Source: Chloroflexota bacterium (lineage in GTDB: Bacteria > Chloroflexota > Limnocylindria > QHBO01). From it: a stretch of 32,037 nt of DNA. The notes below the pieces were generated by a model. The model saw only the letters and a list, made by a program, of their open reading frames with translations, was not told where the DNA came from and did not search any database. This document shows, in pieces, positions 23,789 through 31,830 of the stretch. A program made the position numbers and the translations under genes. Numbering within the stretch: the stretch's first letter is position 1; each line of letters starts with the position of its first letter. The DNA is taken from contig VBJX01000023.1 of NCBI GenBank assembly GCA_005879775.1, positions 1 to 32,037 of the forward strand, in the 5' to 3' direction.

Positions 23789-24565
23789 ATGGAGCTCGCC
23801 GCGCGCTACCCGAACCTGCATGTCAGCCGCCACCCGCTGGTGCTGCACAAGCTCAGCCTGCTGCGCGATCGGACCACCGAGCCCAAGAAGTTCCGAGAGC
23901 TGGTGCGCGAGCTCTCGTGGCTGCTCGGCTACGAGGCGATGGCCGATCTGACCACCCAGCCGCTGGACGTCGAGACGCCGCTGGAAACGACTGCCGGAGC
24001 GGAGCTGGAGCCCAAGGTGGGCCTCGTGCCGGTCCTGCGCGCGGGGCTGGGCATGGTGGACGCCATGCTCGAGCTGATGCCATCGGCCGAGGTGTGGCAC
24101 ATCGGGCTCTACCGCGACGAGCGCACCCTCAAGCCGGTCGAGTACTACAACAAGCTGCCCGATGCCGCCACGGTGCAGGTCTGCCTCATCCTGGACCCGA
24201 TGCTGGCAACGGGCGGATCGAGCGCGGCGACCGTCGACATCCTCAAGCAGTGGGGCGCTGCCCGCATCAAGCAGGTGAGCCTGATCGCGGCGCCGGAAGG
24301 AGTGGCCACCCTCTCCTCCGCGCATCCCGACGTGGACATCCACGTCGGCGCCGTCGACCGGGCGCTGAACGAGCGCGGCTACATCGTTCCAGGGCTGGGT
24401 GACGCGGGGGACCGCCAGTTCGGCACATTCGCCGGGCCCGCCTCGGAACCCGGACATGCGATCGGCGATGAGGCGGCCGAGGTCGTGCGACGCCTGCAGC
24501 GCAGCCTGGCCGGAGAAGATCGTGGACAAAGCAGTGTCCCGAAGGAACCGCCGCCGGACCGTTGA
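23789..24565 (+). CDS. upp: Uracil phosphoribosyltransferase with a roughly 45-aa C-terminal extension
   Basis: [13 protein letters not shown]..., the PRPP loop [11 protein letters not shown], and [16 protein letters not shown] (the normal family C-terminus) are present. 45 more codons then precede the stop. Confidence 0.9.
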   Translation: MELAARYPNLHVSRHPLVLHKLSLLRDRTTEPKKFRELVRELSWLLGYEAMADLTTQPLDVETPLETTAGAELEPKVGLVPVLRAGLGMVDAMLELMPSAEVWHIGLYRDERTLKPVEYYNKLPDAATVQVCLILDPMLATGGSSAATVDILKQWGAARIKQVSLIAAPEGVATLSSAHPDVDIHVGAVDRALNERGYIVPGLGDAGDRQFGTFAGPASEPGHAIGDEAAEVVRRLQRSLAGEDRGQSSVPKEPPPDR

Positions 24566-24591
24566 TGCAATCTCGGGTGCCGTTGGCTGCC

Positions 24592-24610
24592 CCTTCGGGA
24601 CGACCGAAGG
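24592..24610. terminator. Perfect 7-bp stem / 5-nt loop hairpin between convergent upp and the sORF
   Basis: CCTTCGG-GACGA-CCGAAGG lies 27 nt after the upp stop. It has no U-tract. Confidence 0.35.
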
Positions 24611-24674
24611 ATAGGCGCCGGGCCTCGGGGAGGGCAAGCCCACTTATCCCCGAAGTTCCAAGAAAGCCGGAGAG

Positions 24675-24710
24675 TTGTCCACAGCTCATCCCCGGATCGG
24701 CTGCGGACAA
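24675..24710 (-). terminator. Hairpin downstream of the sORF (11-bp stem, 14-nt loop)
   Basis: Minus-strand RNA: UUGUCCGCAGC-N14-GCUGUGGACAA, containing one G-U wobble. The same position is an A-C mismatch in a plus-strand transcript. The hairpin starts 24 nt after the sORF stop, and a U-rich stretch (CUUUCUU) begins 9 nt after the stem. Confidence 0.4.
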
Positions 24711-24733
24711 TAGTGGCAGTGGGCCTCAGGCAG

Positions 24734-24784
24734 CTAGCAGCAGTCGCCGGGGCAGCAGTCGGGATCGCAACACCCTCGTGGCAT
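24734..24784 (-). CDS. Candidate 16-aa polycysteine peptide MPRGCCDPDCCPGDCC (metallothionein-like sORF)
   Basis: The minus strand reads AAGGAGGTGA (24800-24791), a 6-nt spacer, then ATG CCA CGA GGG TGT TGC GAT CCC GAC TGC TGC CCC GGC GAC TGC TGC TAG. A consensus TATAAT and a 22-bp palindrome lie just upstream and a hairpin lies downstream. The ORF is below the size cutoff of the supplied track. Confidence 0.55.
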   Translation of the reverse strand: MPRGCCDPDCCPGDCC

Positions 24785-24816
24785 TCGGTCTCACCTCCTT
24801 TCGTTTGGCAACACCG

Positions 24817-24840
24817 ATTATATTGACATACGTCAATATA
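24817..24840 (-). promoter_or_regulatory. Promoter/operator of the polycysteine sORF: consensus -10 TATAAT overlapped by a 22-bp palindrome
   Basis: On the minus strand, TATAAT is the complement of 24822-24817. The palindrome TATATTGAC-ATAC-GTCAATATA spans 24819-24840, with 9-bp perfect arms and 10 of 11 symmetric pairs. The 30 nt at 24811-24840 contain only 9 G/C. Confidence 0.5.
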
Positions 24841-24853
24841 GACACCCGACGAT

Positions 24854-24882
24854 AGAGCGGTCGATCAGAGATTAGCCGCTCT
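24854..24882 (-). terminator. Hairpin just downstream of the GT-C gene stop
   Basis: AGAGCGG-N15-CCGCTCT (7-bp stem) lies 24 nt after the stop at 24906 and upstream of the sORF promoter. It has a large loop and no U-tract. Confidence 0.3.
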
Positions 24883-24905
24883 GGCTACCCCGCTTCTAAT
24901 CGCCT

Positions 24906-26462
24906 TCAGCACGGCCCAGCAGGGGCAGTAGCGCGCTCGTTCGGCGGCAGGTGTGTCGGATTCTCCAGGTCATAAACCCACATGCGCGGCGTCTGACAGA
25001 GCAACGGAGCGCGTGGGTCCAGGAAGGCCCGGACCGTGTCCACCCCGCGAAGGTCCGCGGTCACGATGAAGTAGTGGATGCCATCTCGCATCGCCGCCGC
25101 GAGGCGTTGGTCATCCTCACCGTCGATGCCTTGGAGATGAGTGAATTCCCTGTCGCCTGACGTCGGCCATGGCGATACCAGCAGCCCGGAGTAGTACATC
25201 AACGGGAAGCTTTCGTTGTAGCTGTAACCGATCACCGGGTTGCCGCGCCCGAGCCTTTCCCCGATCGCTGCAAAGGTCGGAGCGTCTACCTCGTACGCGT
25301 CACTCGCAGGGAATACGTCGACGGGAACAGTCAGGTACGCGACAGGGCCGGTTGCGAGGAGCGCGGCAAACATCAGCGACGCGATGGCTGGATGCGAGGA
25401 GCGAAACGTCCGAACCGTGGCGCCTGCGAACGCCGCCAGCCCGATCGCGGCCAGGGCGAGAAGTGGCACCTGGTAGTAATCGTGGGTCATGGTGTGCCAC
25501 GTGAAAGCGAGTGACGTCACCAGATATCCCGCGAGGAACCCCGCGACCAGCCGCCAGAGCCTCGGGGTGAGCCAAATACCCACGGCGGCGAGCGGTAAGG
25601 CGGTCCAGCCGACGACGTGGACCACGTTGCGCGCCCAGCCAAGATAGTAGTCCGTCGTCAGCAGCAAGCTGGGGATGACCTTCGCGTGGACCTGCCCCTG
25701 CAGAAACAGGGTCCCGTAGGCAACGGCCGGCAGGGCGACCAGACCGATGAGCGCTGCAAGGCGCCAGCGGCGCTGGCGATCTGACCATATCGATCCGCGT
25801 TCACTGGCCGTGGCGACGACAACGCCGATGATCGGGAGAATGAGGGGTCCAGGCTTGACCAGGGCGGCCAGTCCTGCGAGGACGGCCATGACCAAGAGGT
25901 TCCGGCGGCTCGCGAGGACATCGTTGCGCACGCCGAACCAGGCGGTCGCCACGAGACCCAGCATGGCCAAGCTGTCTGACTGGAAGCTCCGGCTGACGGC
26001 GATTGCGAACGGCGCAAAAAGGAAGTACGCAAGGCCGACGGAAGCTTCCAGCGATCCGACAAGGCGACGGCAAACGTCCCAGAGCAGCGCGCCAGCCATC
26101 AGCCAGGCCAGCGAGGTGAAGATGGCCGACGTCCAGGGCCGCTCAACCCCGCCCGGGAAATACGTGAGCGCGGTCAGCGTCTGCAGGATCGGCGGTTCAA
26201 TAAAGCGTCCTGATCCGGCCTGCAACCAGACCCGCTGCCACTGAGCCAGTGCATCAGGGTGCAGCGCGAACCAGATGGTTCGGGCCGCGTTCGCGGAGTC
26301 ATACTCAAGGGTGGGTCGAAAGGTGTGGGTCCAATCGTGCAGGACGGACATCCGCAGCACCACCCACACGACGGACAGGCCAAGAGCGGCAAGCGCGCCG
26401 ATCGCAGGCGCCGAATTGATCCGGGCCGCGCGGCCGATTTCTTGGCCCCGCGTTATCCGCAT
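24906..26462 (-). CDS. Polytopic membrane protein, GT-C fold glycosyltransferase-like (family 39/83, ArnT/PMT_2-like), with a C-terminal soluble domain
   Basis: Internal ATG 26462 of ORF 24906..26765 has GGGAG 9 nt upstream. There are about 11-12 hydrophobic helices, an acidic first loop (TLEYDSANAA) and a roughly 120-aa hydrophilic C-terminal domain. The family call rests on architecture and composition rather than a strong motif. Confidence 0.65.
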   Translation of the reverse strand: MRITRGQEIGRAARINSAPAIGALAALGLSVVWVVLRMSVLHDWTHTFRPTLEYDSANAARTIWFALHPDALAQWQRVWLQAGSGRFIEPPILQTLTALTYFPGGVERPWTSAIFTSLAWLMAGALLWDVCRRLVGSLEASVGLAYFLFAPFAIAVSRSFQSDSLAMLGLVATAWFGVRNDVLASRRNLLVMAVLAGLAALVKPGPLILPIIGVVVATASERGSIWSDRQRRWRLAALIGLVALPAVAYGTLFLQGQVHAKVIPSLLLTTDYYLGWARNVVHVVGWTALPLAAVGIWLTPRLWRLVAGFLAGYLVTSLAFTWHTMTHDYYQVPLLALAAIGLAAFAGATVRTFRSSHPAIASLMFAALLATGPVAYLTVPVDVFPASDAYEVDAPTFAAIGERLGRGNPVIGYSYNESFPLMYYSGLLVSPWPTSGDREFTHLQGIDGEDDQRLAAAMRDGIHYFIVTADLRGVDTVRAFLDPRAPLLCQTPRMWVYDLENPTHLPPNERATAPAGPC

Positions 26463-26562
26463 GCTGCCCCACTCCCGCCTTCGAGATCGTGCGCGCCGAC
26501 GGCGCCAGTGTAGGGTTTCAGACGTCGGAGGCGCGCAGTGCGGAAAGCTGCCGGGCTCATCA

Positions 26563-26586
26563 TCTATAGAGACGGGTAGATATAGA
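26563..26586. promoter_or_regulatory. Imperfect inverted repeat in the arsR / GT-C divergent promoter region, related to the sORF palindrome
   Basis: TCTATAGAGAC-GG-GTAGATATAGA. The core half-sites TATAGAGAC and TATATCTAC (reverse complement of the right arm) each match TATATTGAC at 7 of 9 positions. The octamer ATATAGAC occurs at both loci (24836-24843 and 26580-26587). Confidence 0.4.
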
Positions 26587-26596
26587 CCTCGGCCGA

Positions 26597-26602
26597 TATA
26601 CT
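26597..26602 (+). promoter_or_regulatory. Candidate -10 (TATACT) for a leaderless arsR transcript
   Basis: TATACT is followed by 7 nt (CAGAGCG) and then ATG 26610. There is no purine-rich SD. Confidence 0.4.
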
Positions 26603-26609
26603 CAGAGCG

Positions 26610-26903
26610 ATGAAATCGAACGATCCCGACATCCTCCTCCTCTCCGCCCTGGCCGACCCCACCCGTCTGTCCATCGTGAGGCAGCTCGGCACCCAGCCCG
26701 GCGCCGTCTGCGCCTGCGACTTCACCGAGTGCTGCGCCGTCACCCAGCCGACGATCTCGCATCACCTGAAGGTCCTGCGTGACGCGGGGGTCCTCACCAG
26801 CCGGCGAGAGGGGACGAACATCTACTACGAGTTCGCGCCCGGCTTCGTCGAACGCTTCCGGGGGCTGGGGGCGAGCCTCACGGGGTTGGTCCAGCTGGCC
26901 TAG
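26610..26903 (+). CDS. ArsR/SmtB family metal(loid)-sensing transcriptional repressor
   Basis: 97 aa. It has LSALADPTRLSIVRQL, a CxCD sensing motif (AVCACDFTECC) and the recognition helix TQPTISHHLKVLRDAGVL. TATACT lies 7 nt upstream of the ATG and there is no SD, so the gene is a leaderless candidate. Confidence 0.9.
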   Translation: MKSNDPDILLLSALADPTRLSIVRQLGTQPGAVCACDFTECCAVTQPTISHHLKVLRDAGVLTSRREGTNIYYEFAPGFVERFRGLGASLTGLVQLA

Positions 26904-26975
26904 GGACTATCGGCCGGGGCGAGGGCTACCCCGCGCTGCGGTACACTCGGATGCGGCTCATCCTTGGGAGGCTCG

Positions 26976-27961
26976 ATGCCCGCGTCGCATGTCACCGTGG
27001 CCGTCACCGGCGCCGCCGGACAGATCGGCTACGCGCTCGTCTTTCGGATCGCGTCCGGCCAGATGTTCGGCCCCGAGACGACCGTTGACCTGCAGCTCCT
27101 GGAGCTTGAAGTCGCGCTTCCGTCCCTCGAGGGGGTCGCCATGGAGCTCGACGACTGCGCCTTCCCGCTGCTGCGGCAGGTGGTGCGTACCGCGAGCCTC
27201 GACGAGGCGTTCGACGGGATCAACTGGGCGCTCCTGGTCGGCGCCGTGCCGCGCAAGGCAGGCATGGAGCGCAAGGATCTGCTGACCGTGAACGGAGGCA
27301 TCTTCACCGAGCAGGGACAGGCCATCGAGCGCAACGGGGCCGATGACGTCCACGTGCTCGTGGTCGGCAACCCGTGCAACACGAACTGCCTGATCGCGGG
27401 CGCCAATGCGCCCCGAGTCCCCCACGAGCGGTGGTTCGCGATGACCATGCTCGACGAGAATCGGGGCAAGGCGCTGCTGGCTCACCGGTCCGGGACGGAG
27501 GTCGCGGGGGTCGGCGACCTGGCGATCTGGGGCAACCACTCGAGCACCCAGTTCCCCGACTTCTACCACGCCACCATCGGTGGGCGACCGGCCCCCGAAG
27601 TGATCGGCGACGAGGCATGGCTGCAGGGCGAGTTCATCACCACCGTTCAGCAGCGGGGCGCTGCCGTGATCGCTGCCCGCGGACAGTCGAGCGCGGCGAG
27701 CGCGGCCAATGCGGTGATCGACACGGTGCGGGAGATCACCCAGCCCAGCGGTCGGGTCTTCAGCGCGGCTATCCCGGCGCCGGCCAGCGGTGGCTACGGA
27801 ATCCCCGAGGGCCTGGTCTTCGGCTACCCGCTGCGTGCTACAGCCCCTGGCCAGGTCGAGATCGTGCCCGGCATCGACCACGGGGAGTGGGCACAGGAGC
27901 GGGTCGATGCAACCTGCAATGAGCTGCTCGAGGAGCGCGAGGCCGTGAAGGAGCTGATCTG

Positions 27962-27962
<1 letters not shown>
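26976..27962 (+). CDS. mdh: Malate dehydrogenase (NAD-dependent, LDH-unlike type)
   Basis: [27 protein letters not shown]...[13 protein letters not shown]...[14 protein letters not shown] 26976 has GGGAGG 5 nt upstream, whereas the TTG 26964 start in the track lies inside that SD. Confidence 0.93.
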
Positions 27963-29269
<1,307 letters not shown>

Positions 29270-29339
29270 GTGCCCTCCCCCGGCCGAGTCGCATTTCTGA
29301 CAGACACGCCCGGTCCCGTTCGGGCATAACTACCCGGAC

Positions 29340-30119
29340 ATGCGCCTGACCGTCCTGGGCCGCAGCCCGGCCCGCCCCAATCCGGGAGAAGCCTGCGCCG
29401 GCTACGTCCTCGAGGGGGGCAATTCGCGGATCCTGATGGACGTCGGTCCAGGGGTGGTGGCCCAGCTCCTGCGGCGCAACACGCCCGATGAGCTCGACGC
29501 GGTGGTGATCAGCCACATGCACACCGACCACTGCCTGGACCTCGTCACGCTGCGCTACAGCTATCCGTGGATCGACGTGGCCAAGCATCGCCTCACGGTG
29601 ATCGTGCCTCCGGGGTCGATGGGTCAGCTCTCCGAGCTGGCCCTCGGATCGGGCTATGCCAACTTCTTCGACAAGAGCTTCATCTTCGTGGAGCACGACG
29701 GGAAGCGGCCGATCGAAGTGGGTGACCTGCGATTGGAGCCTGAGGAGATGCAGCACTACGTGCGCACCTGGGGCTTCCGGATCACCGCCAAGGGGCCGGG
29801 CGAGGAGGCGAATCGGGTCCTTGCCTACTCGGCTGACAGCGGCCCATGCGAGGCGCTCCCCCGGCTTGCCGACGAGGCCGATCTGTTCCTGTGCGAGGCG
29901 GCGCTGCGCTCGCTTCGGGAGGACGACCCCGAGCCCCAGAGCCGAGGGCATCTGCTTCCGCACGAGGCGGCCGAGACGGCGCTCATCGCGGGCGCGCGCA
30001 GCCTGCTGCTGACCCACATCCCCATGCAGGATGGCGGCGCCTGGGCCCTCGAAGAGGCTCGCGCGGTCTACGACGGGACGGTCGAGATCGCCGAGCCGCT
30101 GCGCACCTACGAGGTCTGA
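29340..30119 (+). CDS. MBL-fold metallo-hydrolase
   Basis: VISHMHTDHCLDL contains the HxHxDH motif. The beta-lactamase-fold layout fits and the product is 259 aa. Confidence 0.85.
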   Translation: MRLTVLGRSPARPNPGEACAGYVLEGGNSRILMDVGPGVVAQLLRRNTPDELDAVVISHMHTDHCLDLVTLRYSYPWIDVAKHRLTVIVPPGSMGQLSELALGSGYANFFDKSFIFVEHDGKRPIEVGDLRLEPEEMQHYVRTWGFRITAKGPGEEANRVLAYSADSGPCEALPRLADEADLFLCEAALRSLREDDPEPQSRGHLLPHEAAETALIAGARSLLLTHIPMQDGGAWALEEARAVYDGTVEIAEPLRTYEV

Positions 30120-30652
30120 TCGGGGCCCGATACGACCCTGGCGGCGGCGATGTACCGGTCAGCCGACCAGGTGGCGAGCGACCAGATGCCGGCCAGGATG
30201 ACTGACATCCCCAGCAGCACGAGCGCGGCCGCCGGGGCACCCGGGCCGAGCCCGAAGCCCATCGCATAGGCCACCAGCGCCGCGCCCGCGAGCACGATCC
30301 CGATCATGACCGCTCCGATCTTGAGCGCAGTGGTCAGGAACCACGCCAGCGAGTGACCCTGCGCCCGCCCGGTCAGCCACAGGACCGTCGGTCCGGTTGC
30401 CCCGTACATGGCGACGTAGAGCCCCGGAGCGCCGAACAGGTCACCGATTCCCAGCCGCGTCGCCAGGAAGAGCGCCGAGAATAGCCAGGCGGCAAGCAGC
30501 GCACTGCCGGCCCCGATTCCGATCAGCCAGACCAGCAGCAGAGTCGCGGTGCCGCCGGAGAGCCGCTCCACGAGCTCGCCGTCACGACCCTCGACAAGCT
30601 CGGTGGGACCGTCCCCGGGGAGCTCCGGTGGATCGCGTGGCTGCTCGGCCAC
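30107..30652 (-). CDS. Integral membrane protein (hypothetical)
   Basis: GTG 30652 lies 3 nt after the upstream stop. An acidic N-terminus is followed by about 5 TM helices. The gene overlaps the MBL gene convergently by 13 nt. Confidence 0.65.
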   Translation of the reverse strand: MAEQPRDPPELPGDGPTELVEGRDGELVERLSGGTATLLLVWLIGIGAGSALLAAWLFSALFLATRLGIGDLFGAPGLYVAMYGATGPTVLWLTGRAQGHSLAWFLTTALKIGAVMIGIVLAGAALVAYAMGFGLGPGAPAAALVLLGMSVILAGIWSLATWSADRYIAAARVVSGPDQTS

Positions 30653-30655
30653 CGT

Positions 30656-31810
30656 TCAGCCCTGGGCGGCGGCCAGGGCCGCGTCCAGGTCGACGATCAG
30701 GTCGTCGACCGCCTCGATCCCCACCGAGAGGCGAATGAGCGAGGCCGGCACCTCCAGCGGCGAGCCGGCCGCCGAGGCATGGGTCATGGCCGCCGGCAGC
30801 TCGATCAGCGACTCGACGGCGCCGAGCGACTCGGCCAGGGTGAAGAGGCGCGTGGCGGCCACGACGCGTCGGGCGAAGGCCTCGTCGCCGGCGGGCTCGA
30901 AGCTGACCATCGCCCCAGGCAGTCGCATCTGGCGCTCGACGAGCTCGCGCTGCGGATGGTCGGGCAGGCCGGGGTAGTGGACTCTTGCGACCCCGGGTCG
31001 GGTCCCGAGCCATGCGGCAATCTGGGCGGCGTTGGCGCAAGCCCGCTCCATGCGGATCGCCAGGGTGCGCAGCCCGCGCATCACCAGCCAGCAGTCGAAG
31101 GGCGATGGAACCGCCCCCGCAGCGTTCTGGTGGAACGCGAGCCGCTCGGCCAAGTCGTCGCGACGAGTCGCGACGAGTCCGCTGATCACGTCGGAGTGGC
31201 CGCCCAGGTACTTGGTGGCCGAGTGCAGGACGAGGTCCGCCTCAAGCTCAAGCGGACGCTGCAGGAACGGGGTGGCGAAGGTGCTATCGACCACGGATAG
31301 CGCCCCGGCTGCGGCCGCCAGGCGGGCGACGGCGCTGATGTCGACCACTTTGAGCAGCGGGTTGGTGGGGGTCTCGATCCAGACCATGCGCGCCGGCGCG
31401 TTGCCGGCCAGAGCTGCCGCCACGGCCTCGAGATCGCGCAGGTCGACCGCATCGGTCTGAATCCCGTATCGGCCCCAGACGCCCGAGGCCAGCCGCCAGG
31501 TGCCGCCGTAGGCATCATCGGAAAGGAGGATCCGGTCGCCCGGGTCGAGGAGATAGAGCAGGTTCTGGGTGGCGGCCAGCCCGGATGCGTAGGCGAAGCC
31601 CCGGGTGCCGCCCTCGAGGGCCGCGATGGCGCTCTCCAGCGCTCGCCGCGTGGGATTGTCACTTCGACCGTACTCGAAGCCGCCGCGGGTCTCCCCAACG
31701 GCGTCCTGCTTGAAGGTGGTGCTCATCTCGATCGCCGGCGAGACGCCCCCAGTGAGCGGATCCGGGTCCGCTCCGGCGTGGACGGCGAGCGTCTCGAACT
31801 GGTCAGTCAT
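30656..31810 (-). CDS. Cys/Met-metabolism PLP-dependent enzyme (cystathionine gamma-synthase/gamma-lyase/beta-lyase family)
   Basis: MTDQFETLAVHAG... and HSATKYLGGHSDVISG (PLP lysine motif) are present. 384 aa. Confidence 0.9.
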   Translation of the reverse strand: MTDQFETLAVHAGADPDPLTGGVSPAIEMSTTFKQDAVGETRGGFEYGRSDNPTRRALESAIAALEGGTRGFAYASGLAATQNLLYLLDPGDRILLSDDAYGGTWRLASGVWGRYGIQTDAVDLRDLEAVAAALAGNAPARMVWIETPTNPLLKVVDISAVARLAAAAGALSVVDSTFATPFLQRPLELEADLVLHSATKYLGGHSDVISGLVATRRDDLAERLAFHQNAAGAVPSPFDCWLVMRGLRTLAIRMERACANAAQIAAWLGTRPGVARVHYPGLPDHPQRELVERQMRLPGAMVSFEPAGDEAFARRVVAATRLFTLAESLGAVESLIELPAAMTHASAAGSPLEVPASLIRLSVGIEAVDDLIVDLDAALAAAQG

Positions 31811-31830
31811 GTCGCGCGCGCTCCCGGAGC

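Noticed and set aside
23729-24643. 304-aa minus-strand ORF downstream of the sORF, considered as a possible target of a polycysteine leader or attenuator
   Set aside because: It is antisense to upp across its whole length and has shadow-ORF composition. Three hairpins separate it from the sORF. With no credible downstream gene, the cysteine-responsive leader-peptide explanation for the sORF is disfavoured, though not excluded.
24823-24828. Perfect TTGACA inside the palindrome, considered as a plus-strand -35 box
   Set aside because: There is no -10-like hexamer 16-18 nt downstream on the plus strand (24845-24852 is GC-rich), and no plus-strand gene follows.
24562-24855. 97-aa plus-strand ORF spanning the upp/GT-C intergenic region
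   Set aside because: It has no SD, overlaps the upp stop, and runs through hairpins and the AT-rich promoter patch. Its product is Ser/Arg/Pro-rich. The minus-strand sORF explains the region better.
26964-26975. TTG start for mdh, as in the ORF track
   Set aside because: The TTG lies within the GGGAGG Shine-Dalgarno that serves ATG 26976. MDH homologues start close to the [15 protein letters not shown] position.
29308-29325. Short hairpin GCCCG-N8-CGGGC after gltA, considered as a terminator
   Set aside because: It has only a 5-bp stem and no U-tract. Such pairings are expected by chance in DNA this G/C-rich.
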